A stretch of 64,000 bases of DNA from an uncultured Planctomycetales bacterium. GTDB lineage: Bacteria > Omnitrophota > Gorgyraeia > Zapsychrales > Fredricksoniimonadaceae. A model generated the notes under the pieces. The model was given only the letters and a program-made list of their open reading frames with translations. It searched no databases and was not told where the DNA came from. Shown piece by piece: positions 1-9,940 of this stretch. How positions within the stretch are numbered: position 1 is the stretch's first letter; each line of letters opens with the position of its first letter. The stretch covers positions 582,518 through 646,517 of the forward strand of contig CAZNDZ010000001.1 in NCBI GenBank assembly GCA_964572155.1, given 5' to 3'. Made by a program: the position numbers and the translations under genes.

Positions 1-1
1 A

Positions 2-148
2 CGCACCATTGAATATCATGAACGCGTACGCCTTGGTTATTTAGAAATCGCCAAGCGAGAACCAAAGCGTGTTAAAGTCATCAAGGTGGATGCGCCAGCG
101 CCGGAAATATTCAAACGTGTGCAAGTGTTGATTGATGCGATCCTATGA
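2..148 (+). CDS. tmk: thymidylate kinase, C-terminal fragment (5' end lies outside the window)
   Basis: Frame 2 translates to ...RTIEYHERVRLGYLEIAKREPKRVKVIKVDAPAPEIFKRVQVLIDAIL*, a Tmk-like C-terminus. Its stop overlaps the holB ATG (ATGA), the classic tmk-holB arrangement. Confidence 0.6.
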   Translation, partial: RTIEYHERVRLGYLEIAKREPKRVKVIKVDAPAPEIFKRVQVLIDAIL

Positions 149-984
149 ACAATCAAATAGAGTTAACAATTTTAGATCGCTTTAAACGTTTGGCAAAAGC
201 CCGTCGCATGGCTCATGCGTATTTATTTGCAGGACCGCCAGAGAGTGGCAAGCAAGCAACAGCGCTTGCCATTGCGCAATTGGTCAATTGTTTGAAGCCA
301 CAAGAGGCGCCCTGTGGCACGTGTGCGAGCTGTATGAAAATAGCATCTGGGAACCATCCTGATGTATACTTGCTGGGGGATGAAGATACGGGGGCGATCA
401 AGATTGATCAAATCCGCCAAATGTTGGGCCGTGTGAGTTTAAAAGCATTTGAAGCTAGTGTGAAAGTTTTTATTCTGCCGCATGCGGATCAAATGACAAC
501 AGAAGCGGCCAATGCCTTGCTTAAAACATTGGAAGAGCCAGCGGCCAATACATTGATCATTTTAACCAGCCATGTGCCGCAGAATTGTTTAGATACCATT
601 AAGTCGCGTTGCCATGTGGTGAATTTTTTTGAGTCAAAAGATCCGATGCCGTCGGATCACGATCGTATTTTAAATTTATTTTTAACACGCGGTACAGGTG
701 AAGAATTTGTAAAGCAGTTAAGTGCAGATAAGGCGGTCACCGCTGCAGCCATGCAGGTTTTACTGATGTTTGTGCGCGATGCGGCATTATTCCGACAAGG
801 TGTACCAGAAAAGCACTTAATTTTTCGTAATCGCATCAGGGACATTCAAGAAATGTCTCATCGGGGGATGGATGATTTGGGTAAAATAACAACTCAGATT
901 GTACGTACCAAACAATTAGCAAATGAAAATCTTAATGTGAAGATGGCATTAAGTTTAGTAAGGCAGAGGTTATGGGGCAATTGA
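145..984 (+). CDS. holB: DNA polymerase III delta-prime subunit
   Basis: AAA+ clamp-loader N-terminus AHAYLFAGPPESGKQATALAIAQ, a Cys zinc module CGTCASC, and the tmk-holB-PSP1-metG context. Confidence 0.85.
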   Translation: MNNQIELTILDRFKRLAKARRMAHAYLFAGPPESGKQATALAIAQLVNCLKPQEAPCGTCASCMKIASGNHPDVYLLGDEDTGAIKIDQIRQMLGRVSLKAFEASVKVFILPHADQMTTEAANALLKTLEEPAANTLIILTSHVPQNCLDTIKSRCHVVNFFESKDPMPSDHDRILNLFLTRGTGEEFVKQLSADKAVTAAAMQVLLMFVRDAALFRQGVPEKHLIFRNRIRDIQEMSHRGMDDLGKITTQIVRTKQLANENLNVKMALSLVRQRLWGN

Positions 985-1772
985 TCGAAATAAAACTGGG
1001 CGAGTATCGACCCGTTGGATTATTTGAAAGCAATAATGTGGCCTGCAAACGCGGGGACATTGTTGTTGTAGATGTAGAGAAAACAACAGAGTTTGGTAAA
1101 GTCGTTTCTGATCCAAGCAAGGCGTGTGCCACGAAGAAAGCACAGATTGTTGGCAAATTATTACGTGTTGCAACCGACGGGGATATTCGACAAGTTGTAA
1201 ATAATCAAATCAAATCCAAAGATGCCCATCAGGCGTGTCAACGTAAGGTGATGGAATCAAAATTGGATATGCAGTTGGTTAACGCAGAATATTCTTTTGA
1301 TGGCAGCAAGATCCTATTCTTTTTTACATCAGAGGGGCGCGTTGATTTCCGTAACTTGGTTAAAGATTTGGCCAAGACTTTTCGGGCGCGCATCGAGCTT
1401 AAACAAATTGGCGTGCGTGATAAGGCTAAGATTGTCGGTGGTATCGGGGTTTGTGGACGGGAATTGTGTTGCTCGTCTTACATGAAAGATTTTCATCCGC
1501 TGTCGATTAAGATGGCCAAAGATCAAGGTTTGCCATTAAACCCATCGAAGATTTCAGGCGTGTGTGGCCGCGTTAAGTGTTGCATGGCATATGAATTTAA
1601 TGTGTACCGTGAAATGTCTAAAGACTTGCCTAAGATGGGCGCTAAGGTGTCAACAGAGTCGGGTGATAAGGGACGTGTTATCAATGTGGATATTTTAAAA
1701 AGATTTGTCACGGTTGATTTAGGCGAAGGCAAGCATGCCAAGATCACCTATCCGCCGATCAATTTTAATTAA
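972..1772 (+). CDS. PSP1 C-terminal domain protein (RicT/YaaT-like)
   Basis: Conserved PSP1 region (GRVDFRNLVKDLAKTFRARIELKQIGVRD...GVCGRELCCSSY...CGRVKCCMAYE). Overlaps the holB end, as is common. Confidence 0.8.
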   Translation: MGQLIEIKLGEYRPVGLFESNNVACKRGDIVVVDVEKTTEFGKVVSDPSKACATKKAQIVGKLLRVATDGDIRQVVNNQIKSKDAHQACQRKVMESKLDMQLVNAEYSFDGSKILFFFTSEGRVDFRNLVKDLAKTFRARIELKQIGVRDKAKIVGGIGVCGRELCCSSYMKDFHPLSIKMAKDQGLPLNPSKISGVCGRVKCCMAYEFNVYREMSKDLPKMGAKVSTESGDKGRVINVDILKRFVTVDLGEGKHAKITYPPINFN

Positions 1773-1774
1773 CG

Positions 1775-3250
1775 ATGTCAAAATTCTACGTCACAACCCC
1801 AATTTATTATGTCAATGATGCTCCGCATATTGGTCATGCCTACACGACCATATTAGCGGATGTCTTGGCGCGTTTTCACCGTCATGCACATGATGAAGTT
1901 TTCTTCTTAACCGGTTTGGATGAGCATGGCCAAAAAGTCATGCAAGCCGCCCAGAAGCGTGGGATGACCCCTCAAGCGCATTGCGATGATTTAGCTCCGC
2001 GTTTCTTAAACCTTTGGGAAAAATTAGATATTCGTTATGACGATTTTGTCCGCACCACCCAAGAACGCCATAAGCGTGTTGTCCGTGATGTGTTACAAAA
2101 GGTATATGATGCCGGTGATATTTATCTAAACGAATACGAAGGTTTGTATTCAGTTGCAGAAGAGCGATTCATCACGCAAACAGAATTTGATAGCGGGCAA
2201 TTCCGCGATGTAAAGACGCTTAAAGAAAAGAATTACTTCTTTCGCATGAGCAAATATCAGAAGCAATTGATTGAGTATATTGAATCGCATGACGATTTTA
2301 TTTTGCCAGTTTCCCGTCGTAATGAAATCTTAGGTTTTTTGAAGCAGCCCTTAGGCGATTTGTGTATATCAAGACCTAAATCCCGTATGGATTGGGGCAT
2401 TGAGATCCCGTTTGATCGAGACTATGTCACCTATGTGTGGTTTGATGCCTTGATCAATTATATTTCCATTCCTGGATATTTATATGATGAGGCCAAGTTC
2501 AAACAATGGTGGCCGGCGGATGTGCATTTAATTGGTAAGGACATTTTAACGACGCACAGTGTGTATTGGACCACGATGTTGTTTTCATTGGGATTACCAC
2601 AACCCAAAACCATATTCGCCCATGGCTGGTGGTTGACGGGGGATTCAAAGATGAGTAAGTCGTTGGGCAATGTGGTTAACCCCTTAGATTTGATTGAACA
2701 ATATGGCATCGACGCGGTGCGTTATTATTTGATGAAAGAAATGGTGTTGGGGCAAGATGCGAATTTCACCATGGATTCATTTATCAAGTGTTATAACAGC
2801 GACTTGGCCAATGATTTTGGTAATTTGCTCAATCGTGTGAGCGGTTTGATTGGCAAGAATCATGGCGGTATTATTCCAAAGACCAGCGACCATGAGCCAA
2901 CCGATGCAGAGAAAGAAATTTTTCAATTAGCATCCGCGTTAGAGAAGCGTGTCGACGAGAATATCGCGCATTTTAAGGTACAAGATGCGGTTAGTGCTGT
3001 TATTGAATTTGTGCGTGTCATGAATAAATACATGGAATCTCAAGCACCTTGGAAATTAGCCAAAACAGATATGAAGGCCGCAGAGCGTGTGTTAGCCACA
3101 GCCGCCTTTAGTTTAAAAACAGCCGCGACGTATTTAACGCCTGTAATGCCAGATAAGTGTGCACAAGTCTTAGATATTTTAAGTTCCCCAGACGGAAAAA
3201 TTAAAACTCACCCTGCGCTGTTTCCGCGCATTGAAGTGGAGAAAAAATAA
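1775..3250 (+). CDS. metG: methionyl-tRNA synthetase (short form, no C-terminal tRNA-binding domain)
   Basis: HIGH motif region PIYYVNDAPHIGHAYT and KMSKS motif KMSKSLGNVV. Confidence 0.9.
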   Translation: MSKFYVTTPIYYVNDAPHIGHAYTTILADVLARFHRHAHDEVFFLTGLDEHGQKVMQAAQKRGMTPQAHCDDLAPRFLNLWEKLDIRYDDFVRTTQERHKRVVRDVLQKVYDAGDIYLNEYEGLYSVAEERFITQTEFDSGQFRDVKTLKEKNYFFRMSKYQKQLIEYIESHDDFILPVSRRNEILGFLKQPLGDLCISRPKSRMDWGIEIPFDRDYVTYVWFDALINYISIPGYLYDEAKFKQWWPADVHLIGKDILTTHSVYWTTMLFSLGLPQPKTIFAHGWWLTGDSKMSKSLGNVVNPLDLIEQYGIDAVRYYLMKEMVLGQDANFTMDSFIKCYNSDLANDFGNLLNRVSGLIGKNHGGIIPKTSDHEPTDAEKEIFQLASALEKRVDENIAHFKVQDAVSAVIEFVRVMNKYMESQAPWKLAKTDMKAAERVLATAAFSLKTAATYLTPVMPDKCAQVLDILSSPDGKIKTHPALFPRIEVEKK

Positions 3251-4290
3251 TGGCGATCGATACCATCAAATGGGTTAACCATGCTGCACGCATCATTGAT
3301 CAAACCAAATTACCTGGCAGTTTGGTTTATATTGATTGCCGTGATGTTGATACCATGTGGCATGCGATCAAGCGTTTGTCGGTGCGTGGTGCGCCAGCTA
3401 TTGGGGTGGCAGCCGCTTTTGGTGTCTTGCTTGGCATTCAACATTATAAGGATGAAAATCGGGGCATATTCTTAAAACTATTTCACAAGACCTGTGATTA
3501 TTTAGCGACGTCGAGGCCTACAGCGGTGAATTTGTTTAATATGTTAAACCGCATGCGTGATGTGGTTAAAAATAATCCAGATTTTAATGTAGCAGATTTG
3601 AAGAAGGCCTTGTTTAAAGAAGCTTTTGAAATTTATGAAGAAGATCGACGGGTATGCCGCACCATGGGTGATCATGGGGCAAAGCTTATTAAGAATGGCA
3701 TGACGGCATTGACGGTGTGTAATGCCGGTGCATTGGCCACTGTCGATTATGGAACAGCGTTGGGTGTATTTTATAGCGCTAAAAAGATGGGTAAGAAATT
3801 TAAAGTTGTCTCCTGCGAAACAAGGCCACTATTACAAGGTGCTCGGCTTACCTGTTGGGAATTGACCAAAGAAAAAATTGATACAACCCTCATTTGTGAC
3901 AACATGACCGCAACTTTGATGCAACAAGGTAAAATTGACATCATCTTCGCCGGTGCAGATCGTATTGCTTCCAACGGTGATGCTGCCAATAAGATTGGGA
4001 CATACATGTTGGCCGTCTTAGCGAAATATCACAAGGTGCCATTTTATATTGTCGCGCCAAAATCCACATTTGATTTGAAGATTAAAACAGGCAAACAAAT
4101 CCCTATCGAAGAGCGTCATTCCGACGAAGTAACCCATGTGGCCGGTGTTCGCACCGCAGCCCAAGGGGTGAAAGTATTTAACCCAGCGTTTGATGTTACC
4201 CCATCAACCTTGATTGCTGGGATCGTGACAGAATATGGCATTATTCGTTCGCCTTACGTTGCGAATATACGTAAGCAATTAAAAGCATAA
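3250..4290 (+). CDS. mtnA: S-methyl-5-thioribose-1-phosphate isomerase / eIF-2B-related family
   Basis: IF-2B family motifs (RGAPAIGVAAAFGV; CNAGALATVDYGTALGV; AGADRIASNGDAANKIGTY). Confidence 0.75.
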   Translation: MAIDTIKWVNHAARIIDQTKLPGSLVYIDCRDVDTMWHAIKRLSVRGAPAIGVAAAFGVLLGIQHYKDENRGIFLKLFHKTCDYLATSRPTAVNLFNMLNRMRDVVKNNPDFNVADLKKALFKEAFEIYEEDRRVCRTMGDHGAKLIKNGMTALTVCNAGALATVDYGTALGVFYSAKKMGKKFKVVSCETRPLLQGARLTCWELTKEKIDTTLICDNMTATLMQQGKIDIIFAGADRIASNGDAANKIGTYMLAVLAKYHKVPFYIVAPKSTFDLKIKTGKQIPIEERHSDEVTHVAGVRTAAQGVKVFNPAFDVTPSTLIAGIVTEYGIIRSPYVANIRKQLKA

Positions 4291-4291
4291 T

Positions 4292-5167
4292 ATGAATGTC
4301 AGCAGTTTAGGTGAATTTGGTCTCATTGCGCGTTTGGCAAAAATTTTGCCCAACAATCCCAAAGGAGTTTTAGGGATAGGCGATGATGCAGCGGTTTTGC
4401 CTTATACAAAGTCGAAACATTTGCTTTTTACGACGGACATGATGGCTGAAGGCGTGCATTTTACAAAGCACATGCGGGCGGAAAATGTTGGGCATAAGGC
4501 TTTGGCGTGTAATATCAGTGATATTGCGGCCATGGGTGGTTTGCCTACATATGCGGTTGTGTCACTGGGGTTGCCTAAGAATACGGATGTTAGATTTGTT
4601 GAGGGCATTTATAAGGGCATTGCCAAAGTTGCGAAGCAATATCGCGTGTCGATTGTCGGAGGGGATAGTATTAAGTCTGACAAGGTGATTATCAACATTG
4701 CGCTGTTGGGTGAAGTTGATAAGAAGCATGTGGTGTTACGATCTGGAGCCCGACCTCAAGATTGGATTTTTGTAACAGGAGCTCTGGGTGGATCGTTAAA
4801 GAGTGGGCGTCATTTAACATTTGAGCCTCAGGTTGAGAAGGCTCAGTTTTTGGTAAAGCAATATAAACCATCATCCATGATGGATATTTCCGACGGGTTA
4901 GCAGGAGATTTGAATCATATTTTAGCAGAAAGTAAGGTAGGCGCAACGCTTTGGCCGGATGCTATCCCAAAACATCAGGGGGTTAGTTATGCACAAGCTT
5001 TAAGTGATGGGGAAGATTATGAGTTATTGTTTACACTTAATCCAAAGCATGCAGTTAAGCTCATGCAATGGCAGTTTCATAAAAAACTTTTTCACTTTTA
5101 TCCCATTGGGGAAATAACCAATAATCAAAAACAAACGATCAATGTCAAAAGTTACACACATTACTAA
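4292..5167 (+). CDS. thiL: thiamine-monophosphate kinase
   Basis: AIR-synthase-like fold with LGIGDDAAVL...LFTTDMMAEGVHF and GGDSIKSDKVIINIALLGE. Confidence 0.8.
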   Translation: MNVSSLGEFGLIARLAKILPNNPKGVLGIGDDAAVLPYTKSKHLLFTTDMMAEGVHFTKHMRAENVGHKALACNISDIAAMGGLPTYAVVSLGLPKNTDVRFVEGIYKGIAKVAKQYRVSIVGGDSIKSDKVIINIALLGEVDKKHVVLRSGARPQDWIFVTGALGGSLKSGRHLTFEPQVEKAQFLVKQYKPSSMMDISDGLAGDLNHILAESKVGATLWPDAIPKHQGVSYAQALSDGEDYELLFTLNPKHAVKLMQWQFHKKLFHFYPIGEITNNQKQTINVKSYTHY

Positions 5168-5594
5168 CGCGCCACAAGCAACACTTGAATTTGGCAAAGC
5201 CTTTGCGAAGAATTTAAAGCCAGGCGATGTTATTTTTTTAAAAGGTGATTTAGGTGCAGGCAAGACGGTATTTACCAAAGGGATTGCTAAAGCTTTGGGC
5301 TTAAACCCCCAGTCAGTCAATAGCCCTACCTTTGTGCTCATGAACTTTTATGAAGGTAAGTTGCCGCTATATCATTTTGATTTATACCGGCTTGAAAATC
5401 CTAATGAATTAAAATCCGTATCCTTTGACGAGTATTTCTATGGCGAAGGGATTAGTATCATTGAATGGCCAGAACGTTTAGGGGCATTTGCGCCAAAAGA
5501 TTTCTGGCTGGTTGAATTAACACATCAAGGAGAGAACAAGCGGCAGATATGTATTTCTTATCCATCGAATCCTCAACGCAAAATTTTGCAATAG
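5142..5594 (+). CDS. tsaE: tRNA t6A37 biosynthesis ATPase TsaE (YjeE)
   Basis: P-loop GDLGAGKT followed by SPTFVLMNFYEG...LYHFDLYRL. Confidence 0.85.
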   Translation: MSKVTHITNAPQATLEFGKAFAKNLKPGDVIFLKGDLGAGKTVFTKGIAKALGLNPQSVNSPTFVLMNFYEGKLPLYHFDLYRLENPNELKSVSFDEYFYGEGISIIEWPERLGAFAPKDFWLVELTHQGENKRQICISYPSNPQRKILQ

Positions 5595-6232
5595 CCTTGA
5601 ATCTTGACGGCAAGGTCTTGCGTCATAAGACGGTAAAGCACGCCAAGCTATTAGAAGATGTGATTCTAAAGAACATTGATGCGCTTTTAAGTCAAGCCAA
5701 GGTTCCATTTTCCAAGATCGATGCCTTTGTCGTTGGACTTGGCCCTGGATCATTTACGAGTTTGCGGGTTGGTTTATCCACGGTTAAGGCATTTTGTTTA
5801 GCCACACAAAAACCTTTGGTTGGGATTTGTTCACTAGATATCATTGCCTATGCTGCGTGTGATGCGTCCAGTGATGACATCTGTGTGATTGTTGATGCAA
5901 GGCGCAATCTAGTATATAGTGCCATTTATCAAAAGACAGCGACGGGTTTAAAGCTAAGAAAAGGTTATACGTTAAGTTCATTTGTAGATGTTGCAGCGAT
6001 GGTTAAGCCTAAAACGTTGTTCGTAGGTGATGCGGTTGGTATTTATGCTAAGGACATCCAAAAGATCAAAGGCATATGTGCACCAGAAAAGATGTGGCTA
6101 CCAACAGCGAAAGTTTTGGCAATGTTAGGTCAAAAGCGCATTGAAGAAAAGGCGTTTGATGATGCAGCGACGGTTGTGCCAATATATTTATATGAAGATG
6201 ATTGTCAGGTTAGTCCAAGTAAGAAAGTGTAA
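5549..6232 (+). CDS. tsaB: tRNA t6A37 biosynthesis protein TsaB (YeaZ)
   Basis: LSIESSTQNFAIAL...GLGPGSFTSLRVGLSTVKAF. The start is uncertain; it overlaps the tsaE end. Confidence 0.8.
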   Translation: MYFLSIESSTQNFAIALNLDGKVLRHKTVKHAKLLEDVILKNIDALLSQAKVPFSKIDAFVVGLGPGSFTSLRVGLSTVKAFCLATQKPLVGICSLDIIAYAACDASSDDICVIVDARRNLVYSAIYQKTATGLKLRKGYTLSSFVDVAAMVKPKTLFVGDAVGIYAKDIQKIKGICAPEKMWLPTAKVLAMLGQKRIEEKAFDDAATVVPIYLYEDDCQVSPSKKV

Positions 6233-6240
6233 GGAGCAGC

Positions 6241-7452
6241 ATGCATTTAACGTGGTGTGAGATTGATTTAAAAGCGTTGACGCACAATTATGCGCAGCTC
6301 GTAAAATTGGCTGCAAAGCATATGACAGGTCGCGCCAAGCCTTTAATCATCACGGTCATCAAAGCCGATGCCTATGGTCATGGTGTGGTTGATGTGGCAC
6401 GTGCGTTGGATGCAGCAGGTGGCACATTCTTTGGTGTGTCGAATGTTGATGAAGGCATGACCTTGCGCCAACATGGCTTTAAGCAAAAGATTTTACTCTT
6501 TGAAAGTACATTACCAACGGATGCTAAAAATATTGTTGCGCACGACCTTACCCCGACGGTGTGTAATAAAGAATTGGCCATTGCTTTAGACAAGGAAGCG
6601 TCTTTGGCAAAGCAAAAGATTGGTGTTCATTTAAAAGTTGATACAGGCATGGGTAGGCTTGGCTTAGATGAAGAAAAGGCGATTGATTTTGTTAAGTTTG
6701 TTCAATCAACTTGCCCTTCTTTGGAATTAGAAGGTATCTATACGCATTTCCCACTCGCTGATTCGGATAAAGATTTTACTTTTGATCAAATGCGACGCTT
6801 TCGAGATATTGTTTTCGCCCTTGAAAATCAATTTATCACATTTCAATACGTGCATGCGGGTAATAGCATGGGCTTAGGGGATTATAAGTCGGAACTATTT
6901 AATTGTGCGCGCCCAGGCATCATGCTGTATGGCTTATATCCGGTTGAATATTTGCAAAAGAAGATTAATTTAAAACCTGTCATGACGGTTAAGTCTAAAA
7001 TCATTTTTATTAAGACGATTGCCAAGGGACAGGGCATTAGTTATGGCCATACGTTTAAAGCCAAACAGGATATGACCATCGCTGTTTTGCCCATTGGGTA
7101 CAGCAACGGGTATTTGCGTTCTTTGTCGAACAAGGCTTTTGTTCTCATTGGTGGCATGCGCTGTCCGTTGATTGGCCGCGTCACCATGGATCAAATCATG
7201 GTGGATATTTCTGTCTTAGGCGATGCCAAAAAATTACCTAAAATCGGGGATGAAGCGGTGCTTATAGGCTTTCAAAAAAATGAATGCATCACCGCAGAAG
7301 ACGTTGCCAAATGGGCGGGTACAATTAGTTATGAAGTTCTGTGTTCTTTAGGAAGCCGCTTACCAAGACACGTGATCAATGTGGTTAAAGCTAAAATTTC
7401 TGCAGTAAACAAAACGGATCTTTACGAAGACTTCTCTAATAAAATGGGGTAA
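6241..7452 (+). CDS. alr: alanine racemase (with a ~30 aa C-terminal extension)
   Basis: PLP-lysine region VIKADAYGHGVVDVARAL and GVSNVDEGMTLRQ. The 3' end overlaps the convergent pilB gene by 31 nt. Confidence 0.85.
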   Translation: MHLTWCEIDLKALTHNYAQLVKLAAKHMTGRAKPLIITVIKADAYGHGVVDVARALDAAGGTFFGVSNVDEGMTLRQHGFKQKILLFESTLPTDAKNIVAHDLTPTVCNKELAIALDKEASLAKQKIGVHLKVDTGMGRLGLDEEKAIDFVKFVQSTCPSLELEGIYTHFPLADSDKDFTFDQMRRFRDIVFALENQFITFQYVHAGNSMGLGDYKSELFNCARPGIMLYGLYPVEYLQKKINLKPVMTVKSKIIFIKTIAKGQGISYGHTFKAKQDMTIAVLPIGYSNGYLRSLSNKAFVLIGGMRCPLIGRVTMDQIMVDISVLGDAKKLPKIGDEAVLIGFQKNECITAEDVAKWAGTISYEVLCSLGSRLPRHVINVVKAKISAVNKTDLYEDFSNKMG

Positions 7453-8786
7453 ATATCGTCGAGGGTGACTAAGCCTGTTTTGACTTTGTTGATGGCATCG
7501 ATCACCATGCTTTGATAGCCTTCTTTAATGGCCAATTGTTCTAAGGTGGTCACAGGGGCTTTGTTGATGATGGCCTCACGCATTTCTTCCGTGATTACGA
7601 CCAATTCAAAAATACCAATACGTCCACGATAACCAGTGCCAGAGCAATGTTCACAGCCAGTGCCTTTATAAAAAGTCATGCTCTCAGTATTTCTTGATTC
7701 GCTAGCACTATAAACTAAGCTCGATGTCTCAGTGGTTGTAGGCTTTGCAGATGCGCTCATAAATAACTTTGGATTAATCCCACATTGGGCGCAAAGTCGT
7801 GTGATGGTGGCAGGGTCAACTTTTTGAGGAACTTTACAACCCTCACAAATTTTACGGACGAGGCGTTGAGCGAGAGATCCAATCAGCGCGTAAGATACGA
7901 CGTGGCTTTCTAATCCCATGTTCATTAATCGCACAACGGTACCAATGGCGCTGTTGGCATGTAAACTGGTGAACACCAAATGCCCTGTGATCGACGCACG
8001 CACAGCAATCTCAGCGCTTTCTGCATCACGGATTTCACCGATCATGATGATGTCAGGGTCTTGACGCAAGATCGATTTAAGTCCTGTTAAGAAATCTTCA
8101 TCGCCTTTACCACGATTTTTTAAGTCACATTGGTTGATGCCGTCAATCTGATATTCGACGGGATCTTCAAGGGTTACGATATTGACAGAGGGATTGTGCA
8201 AGCGTTTTAAAATAGAATAGAGGGTTGTGGTTTTACCGCCACCTGTCGGACCGCTAACGACAATCAAGCCGCTTTTACGCTGGATGATGCGTTCAAGGCG
8301 CAAGCCGTCATTTGGGGTAAGGCCAATCTTTTTTAAATCAACGGTGTCACTGCCTTTGACAATGATACGAATGGCAATCTTATCACCTAAGATGGTTGGG
8401 AATGTCGCCACACGAAAATCGAATTTATTGCCATTAATGTCGGAACTAAAACGACCGTCCCAAGATTTTTTACTGCTGGCGAGATCAGTTGGGATGCCAG
8501 AGAGTAATTTGATGCGTGGCAAAATATTGATATTGGCATTGGTCTCAACTTCTAAGACTTCGTGCAGTTTTCCGTCGATGCGATAGCGGACAATGACCTT
8601 GTCAGGCCGTGGTTCTAAATGCACGTCACTGGCGCGGTTGATGATGGCTTGCTTAAGCAAGAAGGTGACAATCTCGCTCGTTAAGGTTGTGGAATTTGAT
8701 GCCGCAGGTGTTGAACCCCAGACAGATTTCTTACTCTCTGTAAAGGAAGACAATAGCTGAGTGTATTGAGTTTTGATGGAAAGCAT
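7422..8786 (-). CDS. pilB: GspE/PilB-family secretion ATPase (type IV pilus assembly or T2SS)
   Basis: Walker A GPTGGGKTTTLYS, Asp/His boxes, and a C-terminal tetracysteine CEGC...CEHCSGTGYRGRIGIFEL. It lacks a long N-terminal domain (454 aa). Confidence 0.8.
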   Translation of the reverse strand: MLSIKTQYTQLLSSFTESKKSVWGSTPAASNSTTLTSEIVTFLLKQAIINRASDVHLEPRPDKVIVRYRIDGKLHEVLEVETNANINILPRIKLLSGIPTDLASSKKSWDGRFSSDINGNKFDFRVATFPTILGDKIAIRIIVKGSDTVDLKKIGLTPNDGLRLERIIQRKSGLIVVSGPTGGGKTTTLYSILKRLHNPSVNIVTLEDPVEYQIDGINQCDLKNRGKGDEDFLTGLKSILRQDPDIIMIGEIRDAESAEIAVRASITGHLVFTSLHANSAIGTVVRLMNMGLESHVVSYALIGSLAQRLVRKICEGCKVPQKVDPATITRLCAQCGINPKLFMSASAKPTTTETSSLVYSASESRNTESMTFYKGTGCEHCSGTGYRGRIGIFELVVITEEMREAIINKAPVTTLEQLAIKEGYQSMVIDAINKVKTGLVTLDDIYPILLEKSS

Positions 8787-8833
8787 ATCTAATTAAAGAT
8801 AATACTTCAAAACATGAAAGAAGCAAAAAACAA

Positions 8834-9940
8834 TTAGAAATACTTTTTGATCATTGCAAGGCCAAGACTAAGGAAGATCGTCGGAGCAAGCCACGCTGCC
8901 GCAATCGGAGGAAGGCCGCCTCCTTTGCCTAAGGCAAGGCCAACGGCATCCATGACGTAGTAGAGAAAACCAATGACAACAGCTATGCCAATTGAGGTAA
9001 AGGTTACGGCTTTACGACGGCCAGTCATTAAAGCAAATGGCAAGCCTGCTAGGACAATGATGATGGTGCGAAATGGAAATGCAAATTTTTGTTGCAGGTC
9101 AACGCGCAAATTATTAATTGTTTTAACAGCGCCACTGTGTTCAAAGCGTTTGATGTAGCTGTTTAACTGCAGGATATTCATGGTGTTGACATCAAGGCGT
9201 TGTTTCATAAAGTCTGTTGGTTTCTCTTTGATATCCATCAATTTTTCAGGGTAAATCTTGATGTCATTTGAAACATTGGGCAGGTTTGTATTGTAGTTGG
9301 TGATTTGGCAATTATGAAATTTCCAAGCGATACCCGTCCATGTTCCTTTGAGAGCAACAATCTTTTCACGTAGGTTTTGGTTTTGATCATGGCCAATGAT
9401 TGTAACACCAGTGATTTCATTGGTATTGGGGTCAAAGGTATCGATAAAAAATAATCGGTTTTTTAATCCATAAAACGTTAAGTTCTTAACGATCTGGTGT
9501 CCTTTGGCTTTGTCTGATATGGTGATTTTAATGTGACTTTGTCGGATTTGTTCATTGACCAGCGACGATTGCGGTACAAATCGTTCATTAGCTAAGAATA
9601 CTAACGCAGAGATAAGCAAAGCAAAAATCAAGGCAGGACGCGTTATTTTCCAAAAGTTTAAGCCGGATGCGCGAACAGCAATGATTTCATTTGAACTATT
9701 GAGACTTGCATATGTAAATAAGGTAGCTATTAAACAGGCCATGGTTGCCGTATTAACTAGGACCATGGGTAACAGAGATACGTAATATTGCATGATGATC
9801 GACATGGTGACTTTTTTTTCAATAAAGTCCTGCAGGTTACCGAATGTGTCGATCAAGATAAATAAGAATGCGAACATGATCACAGAACCAATGAAAATGC
9901 TGGCAATCGATTTTAAGATGTAGCGGTCTAGGATACGCAT
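8834..9940 (-). CDS. lptG: LPS export permease LptG (YjgP/YjgQ family)
   Basis: YjgP/YjgQ architecture (3 TM, periplasmic beta-jellyroll, 3 TM). Second gene of a tandem pair overlapping lptF by 13 nt. Confidence 0.7.
   Translation of the reverse strand: MRILDRYILKSIASIFIGSVIMFAFLFILIDTFGNLQDFIEKKVTMSIIMQYYVSLLPMVLVNTATMACLIATLFTYASLNSSNEIIAVRASGLNFWKITRPALIFALLISALVFLANERFVPQSSLVNEQIRQSHIKITISDKAKGHQIVKNLTFYGLKNRLFFIDTFDPNTNEITGVTIIGHDQNQNLREKIVALKGTWTGIAWKFHNCQITNYNTNLPNVSNDIKIYPEKLMDIKEKPTDFMKQRLDVNTMNILQLNSYIKRFEHSGAVKTINNLRVDLQQKFAFPFRTIIIVLAGLPFALMTGRRKAVTFTSIGIAVVIGFLYYVMDAVGLALGKGGGLPPIAAAWLAPTIFLSLGLAMIKKYF

Noticed and set aside
8227-8586. 119-aa ORF antisense inside pilB
   Set aside because: Embedded antisense in a strongly conserved ATPase gene with no RBS; a typical shadow ORF.
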